From Ramazzottius varieornatus (Eukaryota; Animalia; Tardigrada), in assembly GCA_001949185.1 (NCBI GenBank), contig BDGG01000005.1:2221249-2285248 (forward strand): a stretch of DNA of 64,000 bases. Direction: 5' to 3'. Shown here piece by piece: positions 37,750-51,600 of this stretch (the stretch's first letter is position 1; each line of letters starts with the position of its first letter). The notes beneath the pieces were generated by a model. The model was not told the origin of the DNA. It did not search any database and saw nothing but the letters and a program-made list of their open reading frames with translations. Position numbers and translations under genes: made by a program.

Positions 37750-40122
37750 ATGGAAGAATCAGACATGGACGTTACGGAAAATCCAGACATCGTCTCCGCT
37801 CGTAGAAGCTTCCAGTTCCGCAACATCGTAATTATGGGCGTTGCCTTTATGTTATTATCTTCCGCGTCGCAAACAAGCTTCACCGTAGAGGTACACGATC
37901 AACCTTTGTTTTTCGAAGCGTCCTAAGCCAGGTGCTGAATTTTTGATTTCCAGACTATTGTTATCAACTCTGGTGAGTGGGGATGGAGTGTCGAGTTTTT
38001 GCAAAAGATTCCCACGGTCTTGTCCCTTCATCGTCATTTTCCTCAATGGCGGATATTTTCCTGTGGTTATTAGTTCATGATCAGTACTTTAATGGTACAA
38101 GTACCATGGGTTACAACCTGTTGGCGGTACTGAATGGTGTGGGCGCCAGCTCCGTGTGGATCAGCCAAACTGTGGTTTCCAACATCGGCCCGAAGAAGGC
38201 GATGCTAATCGGAGGAGGTAGGACAGAATGTGCACATTATGAGTTAGTAGTACGCATACGTGGTTCTTACTTAAATGAGCTTTATTTTGCAGTTTGTTAT
38301 TTCTTCTTTGTTTCCACCTTCATAAGGCCGCTAGCGGTAACGCTATACGGCGGTGCAATTACTTTGGGCATCGGCCAAGCTATGCTGTGGATAGCAGAAG
38401 GAACCTTCTTATCGATGAATTCGGACAAGGAAACCATCGGAAGGTAACGAGCGTGGACTTTAAACCAACCGGAAAGTTTTTAATCGAACTATTACCGCGG
38501 ATGTTTTCACGTTGTAGGCATTCCTCTATATTCTGGGCGCTATACCAGACCAGCTTGCTATGGGGAAACCTGTATGTACGCTAGACACTGGGATGTTCAG
38601 TTTCCTCTAAGGATTATACAGCGCACGATGTTCGCTCTTCTTCGGGTGATAGGTTTTTCTTCTATGAGATGCTTAGTCAAGACACTATAGCGGAGCAAAC
38701 ACGTTACCGGGTCTTTGGGTCGCTGATGGTGCTTGCAGCCGCCGGAGTTAGCGTACTTTCAAGACTGCAGCACCCGCTCCCTAAGAAACTTCAGGGTCCT
38801 CGAGCGGCTATCCAGTTGGACGGAAACCTAACTGGGTACATGCTTCTTGGATTGACAATTTTAACTTCTAGCTGTGGGAAAAAACAATGTGTATTTTCTG
38901 TGTAGCGGGAAGTCCCGGACATGTCTTCAGTCTGTCGGTAAACATTGACTGAATTTGACTTCCTGGGTTTCTAATACGCCACACTCACGTTTTTCGTTCC
39001 TTCCAGCTTCTTCCTTCCGTCTGTTGAGAACTCGGCCCATCTGGATGGTAGTGCCGACCTTTGTGTACATAGCTCTGGAGCAGACCTTCTACTCTAGTGT
39101 CTATCAATCCTCGTTGGGTTACACAAAGCAGTTCGGCTCTGGCGTCTCGGAAAGTCTCGTCGGTCTATCCGGCGTCTGTGTTGGATGCGGCGAAATACTA
39201 GGTAAGATCATCAGATTTTTCCTGACTGTGTTTTTTACCGATTATGTTCTGATGCGCAGGGTCATTCGTTTATGGATTGGTTGACAAATGGTTTCCCAGG
39301 ATAGGCAGAGATCCGGTGGTCGTGAGCGGCTACCTGTTGCATATGCTTGCGTTCGCTCTCGTCTATGTCAACATTCCGCACGACGCTCCTTTGGGAAATA
39401 CGTTCAGCGAAGCCATCATACATCCCAAGTAAGTCTGATGTTGTGCTTGCGCTTTCTGGCTTCTCAACCTTCAAACCCATCAAACTCTCTTGTTTCTTAT
39501 TCTAGCTATTCCCTTGCTCTTTTGTGCTCACTTTTACTGGGTTTCGGTAAGTGGAAGGAATAGGTGAAACGTCGGGGAATGATTTCGCCCAGATCGTTAT
39601 CTGAAGTGGCGCACCTGTTAGGTGTTATTGGCCGAGAGCGTGCGCCACGTGGGGAAACAATTGTTTGCTGACGTCCCATATTCTGTAGGAAAAAAGCTGA
39701 TCGATTCCTCAGTTGGACTTTCTAGGCTCTATATTTTCAGGAGATAGTGCTTTCAATATCCAACTGTTTTCGTTCCTCGGAGATGCCTACTCGTCGGACA
39801 GTGTCCCTGTGTTTGCACTCTTTCCGTTTGTATGGGTAAGTGGAAGAGATTATCCTATTGACGACAGCTGCTTTCGGTTGGCCAACTGGCGGAAAAAACG
39901 CCTACTTTTCAGGGTCTAACGTGCTGCGGAGCTTTCTTCTACTCCACAGTATTAACTTTGCACTACCAACTCGCCATTCTTGTTGTGGTGGGAAGCTTGT
40001 CGGTGTTTACGTTCAGTAGCATCGAATGGGAATTCCGGCGAACCCGCACTCTCACAGCGCCACCACGCGACAGACCTCGTCGCTTGGCTGAAGAACAACA
40101 AGGACTACTGCACGAAGCATGA
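37750..40122 (+). CDS. MFSD11: UNC93-like MFS protein MFSD11, many short exons
   Basis: FRNIVIMGVAFMLL; IGPKKAMLIGG; GIGQAMLWIAEGTFLSMNSDKETIGRHSSIFWALYQTSLLWGNL; LLLGFGDSAFNIQL. Confidence 0.88.
39585..39678. repeat. Foldback palindrome family, copy 8 (MFSD11 intron)
   Basis: aagtggcgcac..gagagcgtgcgccacgtggggaaac..gtccca. Confidence 0.8.
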
Positions 40123-40704
40123 TTTGCCACAACCGTAGCCAAAGCTCACGTTCCGTCCAGACATTCTTGTTATATTTTCTGCGGGAATACTTCACGTTTA
40201 CAATTTTCGAGTTTTAAGCCTTGATTCAGGATTTGTCTTTCGGATCTCCTTTGTGAATTCCTATTCCCTCCCGAAGCAGATTATACAGATTATCTGAACG
40301 AGAAAGCACATATGTGGTCAGTCAGAACTTGAAATACAACTTGGGATACCGGAAAATTATTTCGGAATTGACAAGAAGACAAAAGGCACAGTGTAACACC
40401 CGTGCCTTCCGTCCCGCGAAACATTCTAGAACAACATGCAAACATGTTATCTAAACGAAAAAGCATAAAACTTCCAGAACTGAGAGCACTCGTCGAGACC
40501 ATCTATCGTCTGTACAAAATTCAAAACGGCCAACTTCCCCTCCTGATAACTATCATAAAAGATTCTCACAAGAAAACAAACAGTACGAAATATAGAATAA
40601 TCTGTCAGAATTTGCCGACTCAGTGTTCAGCATAAGAATAAGAGAACGCTATAGAGAGTAAAGTAAACAAACACAAACTATCATAATTATCTTTCTTCGT
40701 TCCG

Positions 40705-43700
40705 TCATATCCCCATCAGATGCATCTTGGCAGCTTTCTTCCGTCTGGTCATGGGTCGCTCCTTCTTGTACGACTCTAGGACATCTCTGACTTGTTCGCC
40801 CATCTTGATCGTCTTGTTCACCAGTGCCGTACTGGCTTTCGGTCTCTTCAGACCATCTCGGCTCAAGTCGATACTTCGGGCTGCTTTGAGCACTGTTTCA
40901 TCCGGAACACCACAAGCGCCGAGTTTAGCCAACATACCAGCATTCCACGTTTCTCGTTCACGTTGACAGGCTTCCAGGTCCCAATACTGTTGGGACAGGT
41001 GTCGCAGTTCCCAGCACAGCCATCTGCGTTGTCCAACAGGGTCGTTGGCCATCGTGGTTAGGTCCACCGGTCTGCGAGTGCCTGTCTGCGATCTCAGCTT
41101 CTGAATGATGGAGCTGCCGTCTTCGGCTAGTCGGGGAGTGGCTTCTTTGGGGACCTGTTCGGTGAGGAAGGAAGCCTCGTCGATGGTGTGGATAGCTTCC
41201 CATGTGCGGAGTGTACGGTTGAACTCATGGAAGGAAGGGTTGGAGAGGGGAGGCTGCTTGTCCTGCCAGGCTTCGTCCAAGTATCCGCAGAGGAGCGGGT
41301 AGCGAACTTGCACCGGGAACTGAGGCATGCCAAGGTACTTTGACGAGAGGTAGTTCAGCTCGAATGCTGCGGCAGCAAGCTACAGCAAAACACAAGTTTA
41401 GACTCAGTTTATGTTCCAACTGGGCACCCGACAAACAAACTCGACATGACTGTTCATGCAAGTGGCGCACGCTTACAGGGTTATCGGCTGAGATCATGCG
41501 CCACTTGGAAAAACGATCTTGTCGAGTTTCTTTTGCCTCGATCCTAATCATTTTTTCTGGCTGGAATATCCAAACATCTTATCGACTTGAATATCATTGT
41601 TTTTCACTATTTAATTTTTTCAATTTCTTTCCTCATACAAAAACTGATAATGTGGTAATTTGGAAAAAGAAATTGGTTTACCGCTTCGTCCTTCGATCGG
41701 TAAGGTTGTTCCGGCGGCTTCAATTTCTTCTTGATATGAACCGCTTTGCTGTTAGGCTGCTGAATTAGGAGAAGAACGGCGCAGGGAGCGTCGTCTTTGT
41801 CCACCTCAATGATGGCTCGTGTGCTATCGGGGAACTTCCTCACGAACTGATGTGCAGTTTGCACGTCATAAGCACTGACTTGCAACGGTACCTGCAAACC
41901 TTCTTTATCTGGCTTCTTCTCTTTGACTACAGAAGACGACGAAGAAGGTTGGTTTTCGTTTCCCACACCATTCATGAAGTTTCCTCGCTCATTACCATTC
42001 ACCACTTTCGATGCTTCACCCGAGCTTCCCTTGGGAGAACTTTGCTTCGCGGTCTTTAGTTGAGAGAATGATGGCAGATTCTTCTCGGCCTCGCAGAGTC
42101 GGTCGAAGTGGTCCTTTAGCCAGCGTGTTTCTTTGGTGGAAAGGGTCTTTCCGGCACAGTGCTTTTCTAGTAAGTGGTTCTTGGTCGAAATGTCGTCAGG
42201 GTGGACGAAGTGCTGGAGGCGTGGCTCGAAGGGTGCCTGCAGCTTCTCCAGGTCCATGATGGCTTGAATCTTGCTGTCGCGAAGCTCGCGCATCTTCTCC
42301 ACGTTCTTTGCCGATTCCGCGTGCTGAAAAGCTCGGTCCACCAACCGAAGCCATCGGATAACCTAAAAGTAGTCCGACCGTGTACATCAAGATCGTTATA
42401 AGGAAGAACGGAAAGCCGGTCATTAAGGACTACCAACCGCCCACCCACCTGCATACACCACGAAACGCGGTTACTACACCATGATAGTATGCAGAAACAT
42501 GCCAGACGGTAATTTTCACGGAAGGTACAGCAAAAAAAACGTGAGAGAATCCAAACAACTAAATTTCAAATTCCGAATAGATGAGAATAAAACACGCTTT
42601 CTGAAACGGTGAATAATTAAACATACCTTCAGACAGTCGACTGATTTCGTGGCTACAAGCCAGTCCAGCGACTCTTCCGGTAACGACGTCCATTTACCCG
42701 CCAGCTTCTTCAAACGTTCCCTCCGCTGTTCTTCCGACTCCTTCTTCTTCAGTTCCAGCATGACAGGGATCTTCTTTTCGACAGGCACAACCATCTTGGC
42801 TTTCTTGGCCTTAGGTATTCGAGGCGAAATACCCTTATCGCTCCTCGGCTTCCTCAGTTTCTTTACCGTCTTCGGCGGGTCAGGCTCTTCAACTTTGATC
42901 GTTATCTCTTTCGTCATCTTGGGTACCGGATGACTGTGCTCCACAGTTGTATTACTCTTTTCGGTAGAAGCTGTGGAATTTTGCTGGTTTATCTGCTGCG
43001 TCTTCCGTTCACCACTTTCTAGTATCAGCCTATGCTTCTTCCTCACAGCTCCGTTCTCGCTTGAACTAACCGATGTCAGGACTACGGGACTGTTTTCTGT
43101 AGGGAAAGTGGCTACATGATGATTTGGTTTGGAAGGAGGACTGTGAACTGTGTGGTTTGTGTGCATCTTAGTTTCGTTGTGTGCGAAGTTGGCCGCGTTG
43201 TGCGTGTCGAGGACTGAGTGATAGCCTGTAGGGGCTTCTCTGTTCAGTTTCAACGCCTTAATGACATCGGCTGTCAGCGAAGATACATGCGAGTTCGTGG
43301 GTAAAACTGGATGACGAACTACGGAGCTACTGGGCAGTAGGCTAACCAGCGGACTCTGGGTGACGGTGACTGGCGCGGTTACTTCGGGCACTCCGACTAC
43401 CGGAAGCGGAACTTCGTTGACTGGGACTGGAAGACCAGGGGCTGGCGGAAATGTTGGACCACCTATAAAAGACACAAAACCATCAAGTTTGAACTGGGAT
43501 CGCAGCGGAGAAGACATGCATGACGGAACGTCTCTAAGTTCTAACCTGATCAGCACAATATTACAGCGCAGTATGTCATAACTCGTAAGGCAGTAGTGTG
43601 TCATGTAAACGAAGAGCCACCAATCGACTAATCAACAACCCAGTTTCACGCAAATGTGGCTACGAACGACGTCGGACGGTTCAAACCAGAATATCTTCAA

Positions 43701-44883
43701 GTTTCTCTCGAGCTTCTCCCCTGATAGCAAGAGCTGTTACAATCCAAATCTTCAGAGAAATATCACCGCGACTGATGATAGAACGACACAAAATTTTGAA
43801 ACTACAGAATAAATTGGTTGAATGCTCAGAAAACAATTTAGCTTACCTCCGGAAGTGCTTTTTGTCGCACTCAAAATCATTTCGTGGACAGCTTCGACTG
43901 CTAACTTCTTCTTCGTCCTTTTCTTGACAGATGCTCCATTCTCAGGATCCACTGCCCGTTTTGCGACTGTTTTTTGGTTCAAAAGAGTTGATCCGGTGAA
44001 AGGAGGGGTGAATCCATTGGTAACCACTCCGTTCGGAAGGGAAGCCATGTTGATTTTCGGCTTGCTTTCCGTCTTGACCGAGCTTCTTCTCGCCTTCGCT
44101 CCTGCTTCCTTCTTCTTTACGTCATGAAGTACCTGAAGTTTATCCACCATCGTCTTCTTAACTGTAGCTGTTGTCACAGGTGCGGATATTGCACTGGAGA
44201 GCGAAGACGGTGATGGAGATGACGTCATGACGCCATTCATGCTCGACGAGACTGACAGCAGTCCATTGGACATTTGGTGTAGTTTCGTGGCACTTTCCGA
44301 CTGCATCACAATCATGGGTGCTCCAGGACGAAGAATATTCTGTGACAAAGTCGCCTGGTGATGTTTCACTGGTGCTAGAAGCACTGCTGATGGGGACGAA
44401 AGGGATCCAACGTGACTACTCTGATTAGCTGGCAAAATGGCTCTCACCTGCAACAAAGATTCCAAACGTTTTAACCAATTGAGTTAGCATCCTTTTAATG
44501 CAGTATCAGGCATCCAAAATGCGTAGAGAGAAGCAAAATGGAGGAAGAACACTTACATTCTTGCTAAAGCGCGCGACGGATATCAACGATTTCTCTGTGG
44601 CTTTGGGGGACTTTAACGACATCTGTACCAATGCTTCTTGAGACGTGTTTGCTTGAAAAGACTCAGCAGACGTCGTAGTACATTGTACTGTCCCTTGCTG
44701 ATGAGGTAGAGTGATAGAAGAGATTTCCAGACTGGCTTGGGTCTGGGGACATTCAAACGTCGCTTGGAAGGCTTCCAACAGCTGCGGACTCTGCGTTGAT
44801 TGATTGAAGTATCCCGTGGAGAAAGGCAGACCTCCCGAACTTGCGTCCGGACCAACGTAGGATCCCGTGCGAAGCGGTGGCAT
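40705..44883 (-). CDS. Large hypothetical protein: low-complexity, Lys-rich N-terminal part and folded C-terminal part; about 5 exons
   Basis: Long minus-strand ORFs joined by canonical GT-AG introns; basic NLS-like clusters; no firm family match. Confidence 0.65.
41421..41530. repeat. Foldback palindrome family, copy 9 (intronic)
   Basis: aaactcgaca..caagtggcgcacg..tgcgccacttggaaaaacgatcttgtcgagttt. Confidence 0.88.
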
Positions 44884-45697
44884 TGGACTAACTTCGAGGA
44901 TGGCCTTGACAGTGGAAGAACTTCTAGGACTTCATCGGAACACTTTGGGAAGGCTACTCGCGACTCGAAAGGAACGAGATGACACAAAGATGATCAAAAT
45001 CAAAGACTTCAAAGTTTTAAACTTCACCTGCCGAACACTGGCTGGCGTGCACTCAAACCGTCAGCTCAGCTGGTATGACTCACCAGCTGGCAACTATTTC
45101 GGAGCAGACGATCTCACCACGTGGCTTGCAAAAGGCCCGACTCGTACCGCAAACGGCATCTGTTCACGATATTCTGGTGGGCCGTGTCATGTTTGGAGAC
45201 AGCTGCGTTACGATGATGCGGAACAGGCTGGAGAGTGGAGACGTAGATCTTGGTGACGTCCTCAGCCTATCCATTTCCGGTTTGTCCGCTCGGACTCGTG
45301 TACACTATACAGATTGCGAGCGAGAGCCCACTAGCACAATTCGCTACGCACAGGAACATCGTGACATCATAGGAACAAGTTCGTCTTGTAGGCTCTCTGT
45401 TAAAAGAGTCGTACGATGTTTACATATGACGTCACGATGTTCCAGTGCGTAGCGAATTGTGCTAGTGCGTGGGCGCTCTCAGTCCGTATCGTGTACGGAA
45501 ATTTCGGACCTTTAGTTTTGCCATCTTTGACTCTTTGTCCCTGTCGAGCACCGTGAAAACTGGAAGTCTAAAAGCGTCGGCAAGGTCGATACGGGAGCTA
45601 TATCGGGAGCTGCTGCGGAAATCAAAGTCAGCCCGGCGCACCTCAGTGCTCAAGATGAAAGCTTTGCCGCTGGTCCATTTGCTTTCTTGAAACTGGA

Positions 45698-48600
45698 ATG
45701 GATGATCTCGTGCTGGAGCAGCTTCCACAAGACGAAGAAGTTCCTGAACGTATCCAGGACCCGTTGCGAGATTCAGAGCAGGTCGGTAACTCGTCAGAAG
45801 AGCTGACAAGCAGATCCGTACAAGGATGATTACTCCCAGCTTAATCCGTGCTTTGATTTGTTTTTTAGGTGGAGGCTGCTTCGAGCAAATCATCATCAGC
45901 TGGATCCAGAACATCGCTACCTACTCTGGAAAGCATCCTGAACGAGGTAAGTGATTTCTTTATGTATACTTTAAGTCGAGCGATATTTTGTCCTTTCGAC
46001 GGTTTTACTTTCGTTATAGGATGTCAGTTCACACGATGATGGTCTTCCTGGACCTGGTGGGAGGTTCGCTAATGCGGACATCCGGATTCGCAGCGATTTC
46101 GATATCTCCGAGCTCGAACAAAGTTACGCCGCTTCAGCCGAATCGATCAAAAACCTGAGGTTAATTTCTTTCTTTTGTGGCGAGGAACTTGATCGGTAGT
46201 TGAGCAGTTCGTCTGTAGTTCCAGGTTTGATCCTACTTCGAAGTCACAGCGCGATAGCTTGATAAAGCTAGTCAAGCTGAGAGATGTCTCCAGCAGCTTT
46301 GGAAAGGTATTTCAGTAACGTTACATACACCCGTCTTGCATCATCGTACAAAACCAAGCATGTTTCTAAGATTAATCGATGTTTTCTCTTATAGAACGCA
46401 GTTGACGGAAATCCCACAGTCATCCATTGCGGAGCAAACATTGTAGTTGGAACGTCGGCTGGCTTTGCCCATGTATTTGGTTCGCTTTCGAACTTCTTCA
46501 TTAGACCCTAATCACCCTATTGGTATCAATTGGATGATGAATCCTACTTTTTGTACAGATCTGAGCCAGAAAGTCGTATGCAAATGCGTTCCTGCATCCA
46601 AGAACGTGGGACCTGTCTCGGCAGTGGATATAAACCGAGATGAAAAGCTGCTGCTCGTCGGGTTCGCCAGCGGCGTCGTAAGACCAAGTTATTCCTCTAT
46701 TTGTGATTACATAAACTTTATCGAACAGAAGGGGTGAATGTCCGTAACTTTTGTCTATCACAGTTGGCCTTATACGATCTCCCTTCCGGTAAGCTTTCGA
46801 AAGTCATGGAAGACTTGCACCTGTTCGAAAGCTCCATCCTCAGTATTAGAGTAGGTCTTCCAGTTTACTACACGGCTAACCTTTGCAAGTAGAAGTTCAA
46901 AACAGAAATTTTCTCCGTAGTTTACGGACGATCCTTCCATAGCCATCTTTACAGACAACGGAGGCTCCGCTTACGCTTTGGAAGTAAGGTAAACTGCGAC
47001 ATGAAGTCCTTCTTCCTTTCCTTAGTTTAAATGTGGAAATCTTACAAGTTGTTTTGGTAACTTTCTGGGTTGATAGAAGTACGCTGGGTCGAAAGAATGT
47101 GACGTCGACATGCATTTTCTCCGGAAGTAAGGGTGAAGCATTCGTGGCTGAACCGTTAAGGGTCGCCAGTAAGATGTCGTCCCATCGACTTGCGGAGACT
47201 TTCGTGGTGGCTGTGGCTTCACTGAACAAAGTAATCATTGCCGAGCTGAAGCCAGCTCTTCGTTCGGTGTTCTCGTTCCCGTACAACGCTACTCCCTCAA
47301 AACCACCCATCTTAGAATGGCATATCGTTACGATGCATTCTGAGAAGAAGGGAAAGTCGGTCGAGCCAGTGCTAGCTGTGGCTACTGGACAGAATATCGT
47401 ATTCGTTCAGGTAAGTTGAAGTAACCATCTGAGAATTCATCTCGAACAAAGACTTCTGCGTGCTTTGGTTTATTAGAATTGCGAATCGAGATAACATTGC
47501 CTCATCTTCCAGATTTCCTCTGGTCCTGATGATGCGACACCAAAGTGCTCTTTCATCCAGCGCACAACTCTGGACTTCGTTGTCATAAACTTGAAGGTGG
47601 GTTGACGGGTTGAAACTTGAGCGTTTTTTCATTTCGAGCATTTCCACTCGAGTAATCAACTACGTACACGTACTCATACTTCGAGCCTAGTTTGCCGTTA
47701 CTGGGAAGATGTTAGAAATTTCCATAAGTTCTGATGCGTTTCTTGTCAATAATGTTTAGTGGATCAACAACTACATGATCGCCGTGCTGGACACTGCCGA
47801 GTGCATGCATATGGTGGACATTCGAAGCCAGACTATTCTCGACACCATCGACCTGGGCATCGTGGGACTTGTCTACCAGTCCAGCTTCTACAAAGGCCTG
47901 GCTACTTCTCGAGCAACAAGTCAAGCTATGGTGAGTTCTACGTGAGTACTGCAAAAGAACATTTCTCATGAGCTCGAATTTCTCGGTTGTTCCACATGTT
48001 GTTTAATCAAGCTCAACAGGACTGAATGTAGCCATGTTGTGAATATTCGATACCTGATCTGAACACCCTTGAATTATTTGAATTTAGCCCACTGTCTTAC
48101 TCATAGCTTTGCTGAGCTCGTTTCTTCGCTATCCTTTACAGGCGTCAGTGGGGAACATGGCGTGTCTGCAGTCTGTTGGCTGCTTCCACGGGCAAGTTAT
48201 CCTTCTCGGAACAGAAGGTGTCTTTGTTGCTTCTCTTCGGCTGTGGTACGAACGAGTTGATCGCTTGGTCAGCGAAGGGTACTTCATGGAAGCACTTCGG
48301 TTGCTTCTCGATGTACATTCTGGACATGCGAAGGGTGTCTTAGGGCTGACCAAAGACCCAAAAGAGCGTCGAGCGATCCTTAGACGGCAACTTCGACATT
48401 TGGTCGAAGTGGTCCTGGATGACTGCTTGAAGAAAATGCCACAGGACGGTGATGCTGAAACACTGCGAGAACATTTTGGGGTAGGGAATGGACTTGGTTT
48501 AAGAAACTGGGCAAGATCAGTTGTTTCAAGGGCGCACGGTTCCAGTCAGAAATACTGAAAGTGTGCGCCGCTTGGGAAAATTGTCTTGTCGAGCTGGTCT

Positions 48601-51600
48601 GGCGAGTTTTTAGTCTTGGGCCTCCCGGAAGTAACAGAATTGTTTGTTACAGTCTGTAGTACCTATGTGTATGAATGCCTGCATTTCGTGTATGGATACA
48701 GAGTTCCTGTTTGGGGAATTTTACGACCGATTTGGCTCAAACGTCGCTGCTCGAACTCTTTTCCTGGAAAATATCGGTATGAAGCACAAGCAAAGAATAT
48801 TGTCTGCCTTCCTGTTTACTGTTTTCGTGACGGAAGCTCTCCCTTGTAGAGCCGCTGATTCTGAACGATGAGTTGCACGAGCTTTCCCCAAGCGTTATGC
48901 AAGATCTCATTGAACTTCACAAGGCCCGGCAACAGTTGGAGTCCTTGGAGTCCTTGATTGTTAAGCTGAATGTCCAGTCTTTCGATCTCCACAATGTACG
49001 TACTGTGGCTCACATGCGTATCTTACAGGAAGGAAAATATTTTCTTGCTGATTTTGAATTTTCCTCTTAGGTGATAGCCTTCTGCCGTCAGTATGGCCTG
49101 TTTGACGGCTTGGCTTACATCTACACACTGGCTTTCCAAGATGCAAGAACGCCACTGGAAGAGTACCTGATGGTTCTAAGGAAGGCCATCTTGGCGTCCC
49201 AAGTACTGTCAGGTAAGAGCAGCCAACTACTGCCTACTGTATATACACTGCACAATAGAAAGTAGAAGATGGTTTTCTGTGATGTTTTATCAAGCTCAAC
49301 AGGGCTGAAGAACTCGTGTTGATAACATTCGATATCTGAGAACACCGTTAGTTCCTAAATCGTTAGTGGAAGTCATAAGACCGTTCATCTCATCAGTGTA
49401 TGATGACGAGATTTCATGCATTTTTCTGATACAGATGAAATGGTCGCGCTGGGGAACAAGTTGATCATTTACGTCAGCTGTTGTCTGCATGGACTGCAGT
49501 ACCCTACTGGGTCCTCGAAAGCTTCTTCGCCTCAATTGGCTTTCGATGTAAGTTTGGCCTGAAATTTCCCCGTTATTACAATTTGACCGCTTACAAGTGG
49601 TACATACCGTGAATCTCTTACGTAGTTGTGTTCGATGGTAGGTCTTGCAGACGATTCTAGCGAGGCACTCGAGGAACCCGGAAGAGACTGAGCCGGCGTT
49701 CGTCCATCTTCGGACCCTTTTGGACTTCGATACTACCGAGACACTTAACGTATTCGCCATGGCCTTCGCTCAGCCCATCTTTAACGATGCAAAGGGGTAA
49801 GGCAGTATGAATCAACCGGCACTTAGGAAACTCCAACTAAAACTGTCGGAGAAGAATTGACACTTTCTTGAGTGACGGCTAGGAAGTTCTCGATGATGTT
49901 TTATCAAGCTCAACAGGACTGATCAACCGTGCTGTGATTATTCAAACTGAGAGAATTGCTGACGAATTTTCTAAATTCCCAAAAGCTTCCTGCTCTGTGT
50001 ACTGAGATCTTGAATGTGAATGGGAATGTGTTTATTTAGATGTGAAGTGCAACAGCAACTTGTGGATCGTCTGCAGCAAATCTCAGCACAAGGTGACCAG
50101 CTCGAACCGGCTCAGATATCGGCAGTGTCGACCTTCATCGCTCGGATGATGACCAAGTCTGAATCCAAGATCGTGATAAACCGAATGCTGATCGAACAGG
50201 TACTCGTACTGGCAGTCACCTTTCGTCGTTCTCTGGCCAAAAGGAACTCATATCCTCACTGCATGTTTCTTGCAGACATTGGAAATTCTGTGCTCTTCGA
50301 ACTTACGACCTCGACACGATGAACGCGAAGCGGCGGTGTTAGAGATGTACCATTGCGGTGTACTGAACCACATTAGCGATAATATGGTTATCCGACTGGC
50401 GGAAACGGCCAAATTGTAAGAGTTTGAGAGTGGTTTTAGGAAGGAATCAGTATTTTAAAGACTCGGGTTTCTGTATTTTATAGCTGGCGCCTTTGTGAAA
50501 TTCTGTATGAAAAGCATGGAATGTATGACAAGTTGCTCTTCTGCTATTTGGACGACCCTTCTCGCAAAGTAAGCTGTGATCAGAATTGAATTACTCTTAG
50601 GCTATCGGTGAAACTAAATGATGAGACTATTTTCAGTTCAAGCTCAACAGGGCTGAGTGATATTGATGAGAAACTCTTTTCTGACTTTGGTGTGCTGTAC
50701 AGTACAGTATTGAGTGTTCAGATGGAATCAGAGTATGAGATAGAATGTGGGTTTTTTCACAGGGTCAGAGTTTCGCCTTCCTGCAACGTATCCTCATCAG
50801 TCCATTGTACGAGAAGCACGAGAAGGACATGATGCGAGAAGCTTTCGTCGAAAGGTTCCCGGAGCTCTTGGCGTTGGACTTTCAGAAGACGGTCTTGCTG
50901 ACGTATTCGTCCCTGTTCTCCGAAGTACTTCGACTGTGCAAAAGACTGGAACCCGACTTGTGGAACCAGTACCTCTTCATGCGGGAAGTCTTCAACTTTG
51001 TGTAAGTCTTTCCCGTTATTCTGCGGAGCGTTACAGACACCGGCATACAAAGCCATCAGTAAATCAAGGTGCTTGACGTATGCAGGTGTACGACTCTTGC
51101 GTACAAGATGCCTAAATCAGTTGTCACATGAACCTGCATACCTGTGTGACATGGCAGGTGTACGGTTAGGTGTATGCAGGTATCTGAAGACTTCTGGATC
51201 ATCTGTTAGCGTTGTCTAATGTTTGAACTTTTCTAGGTCGAGAAGTGCCGTGGCTACTAAGGCCGATGCCAGCCTGTTCCCAGTGCTGTACCACAACGTC
51301 CTGATAGACTTGATGTGCGAAGTCCAGCCAAGTACGGTGTTTGACCATATTCGTTCCAACGAGCATTATGACGTGGACCAAGCCTTGACCGCGTGTCGTA
51401 CATTCGGCATCGTTCGTGGTGTAGCTTACCTGTTAGAGAAGAAAGGCAATGTCGAGGAAGCTTTCGAGGTTTTACTAGACGAGCTTCGTAAGGTCATGGA
51501 CGGATATTTAGTCTCGCAGCGCCATGAGGTCTCACAAGAAGTTTATGAGAAGAACTATCAGGGTCTGAAAGATACACTAGACATGGTGATGGACTTTTGT

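Noticed and set aside
49390-49419. Extra ATGATGA...CTGA pair in a VPS8 intron
   Set aside because: Only ~30 nt long, overlaps the 3' splice region, and has no recognisable guide
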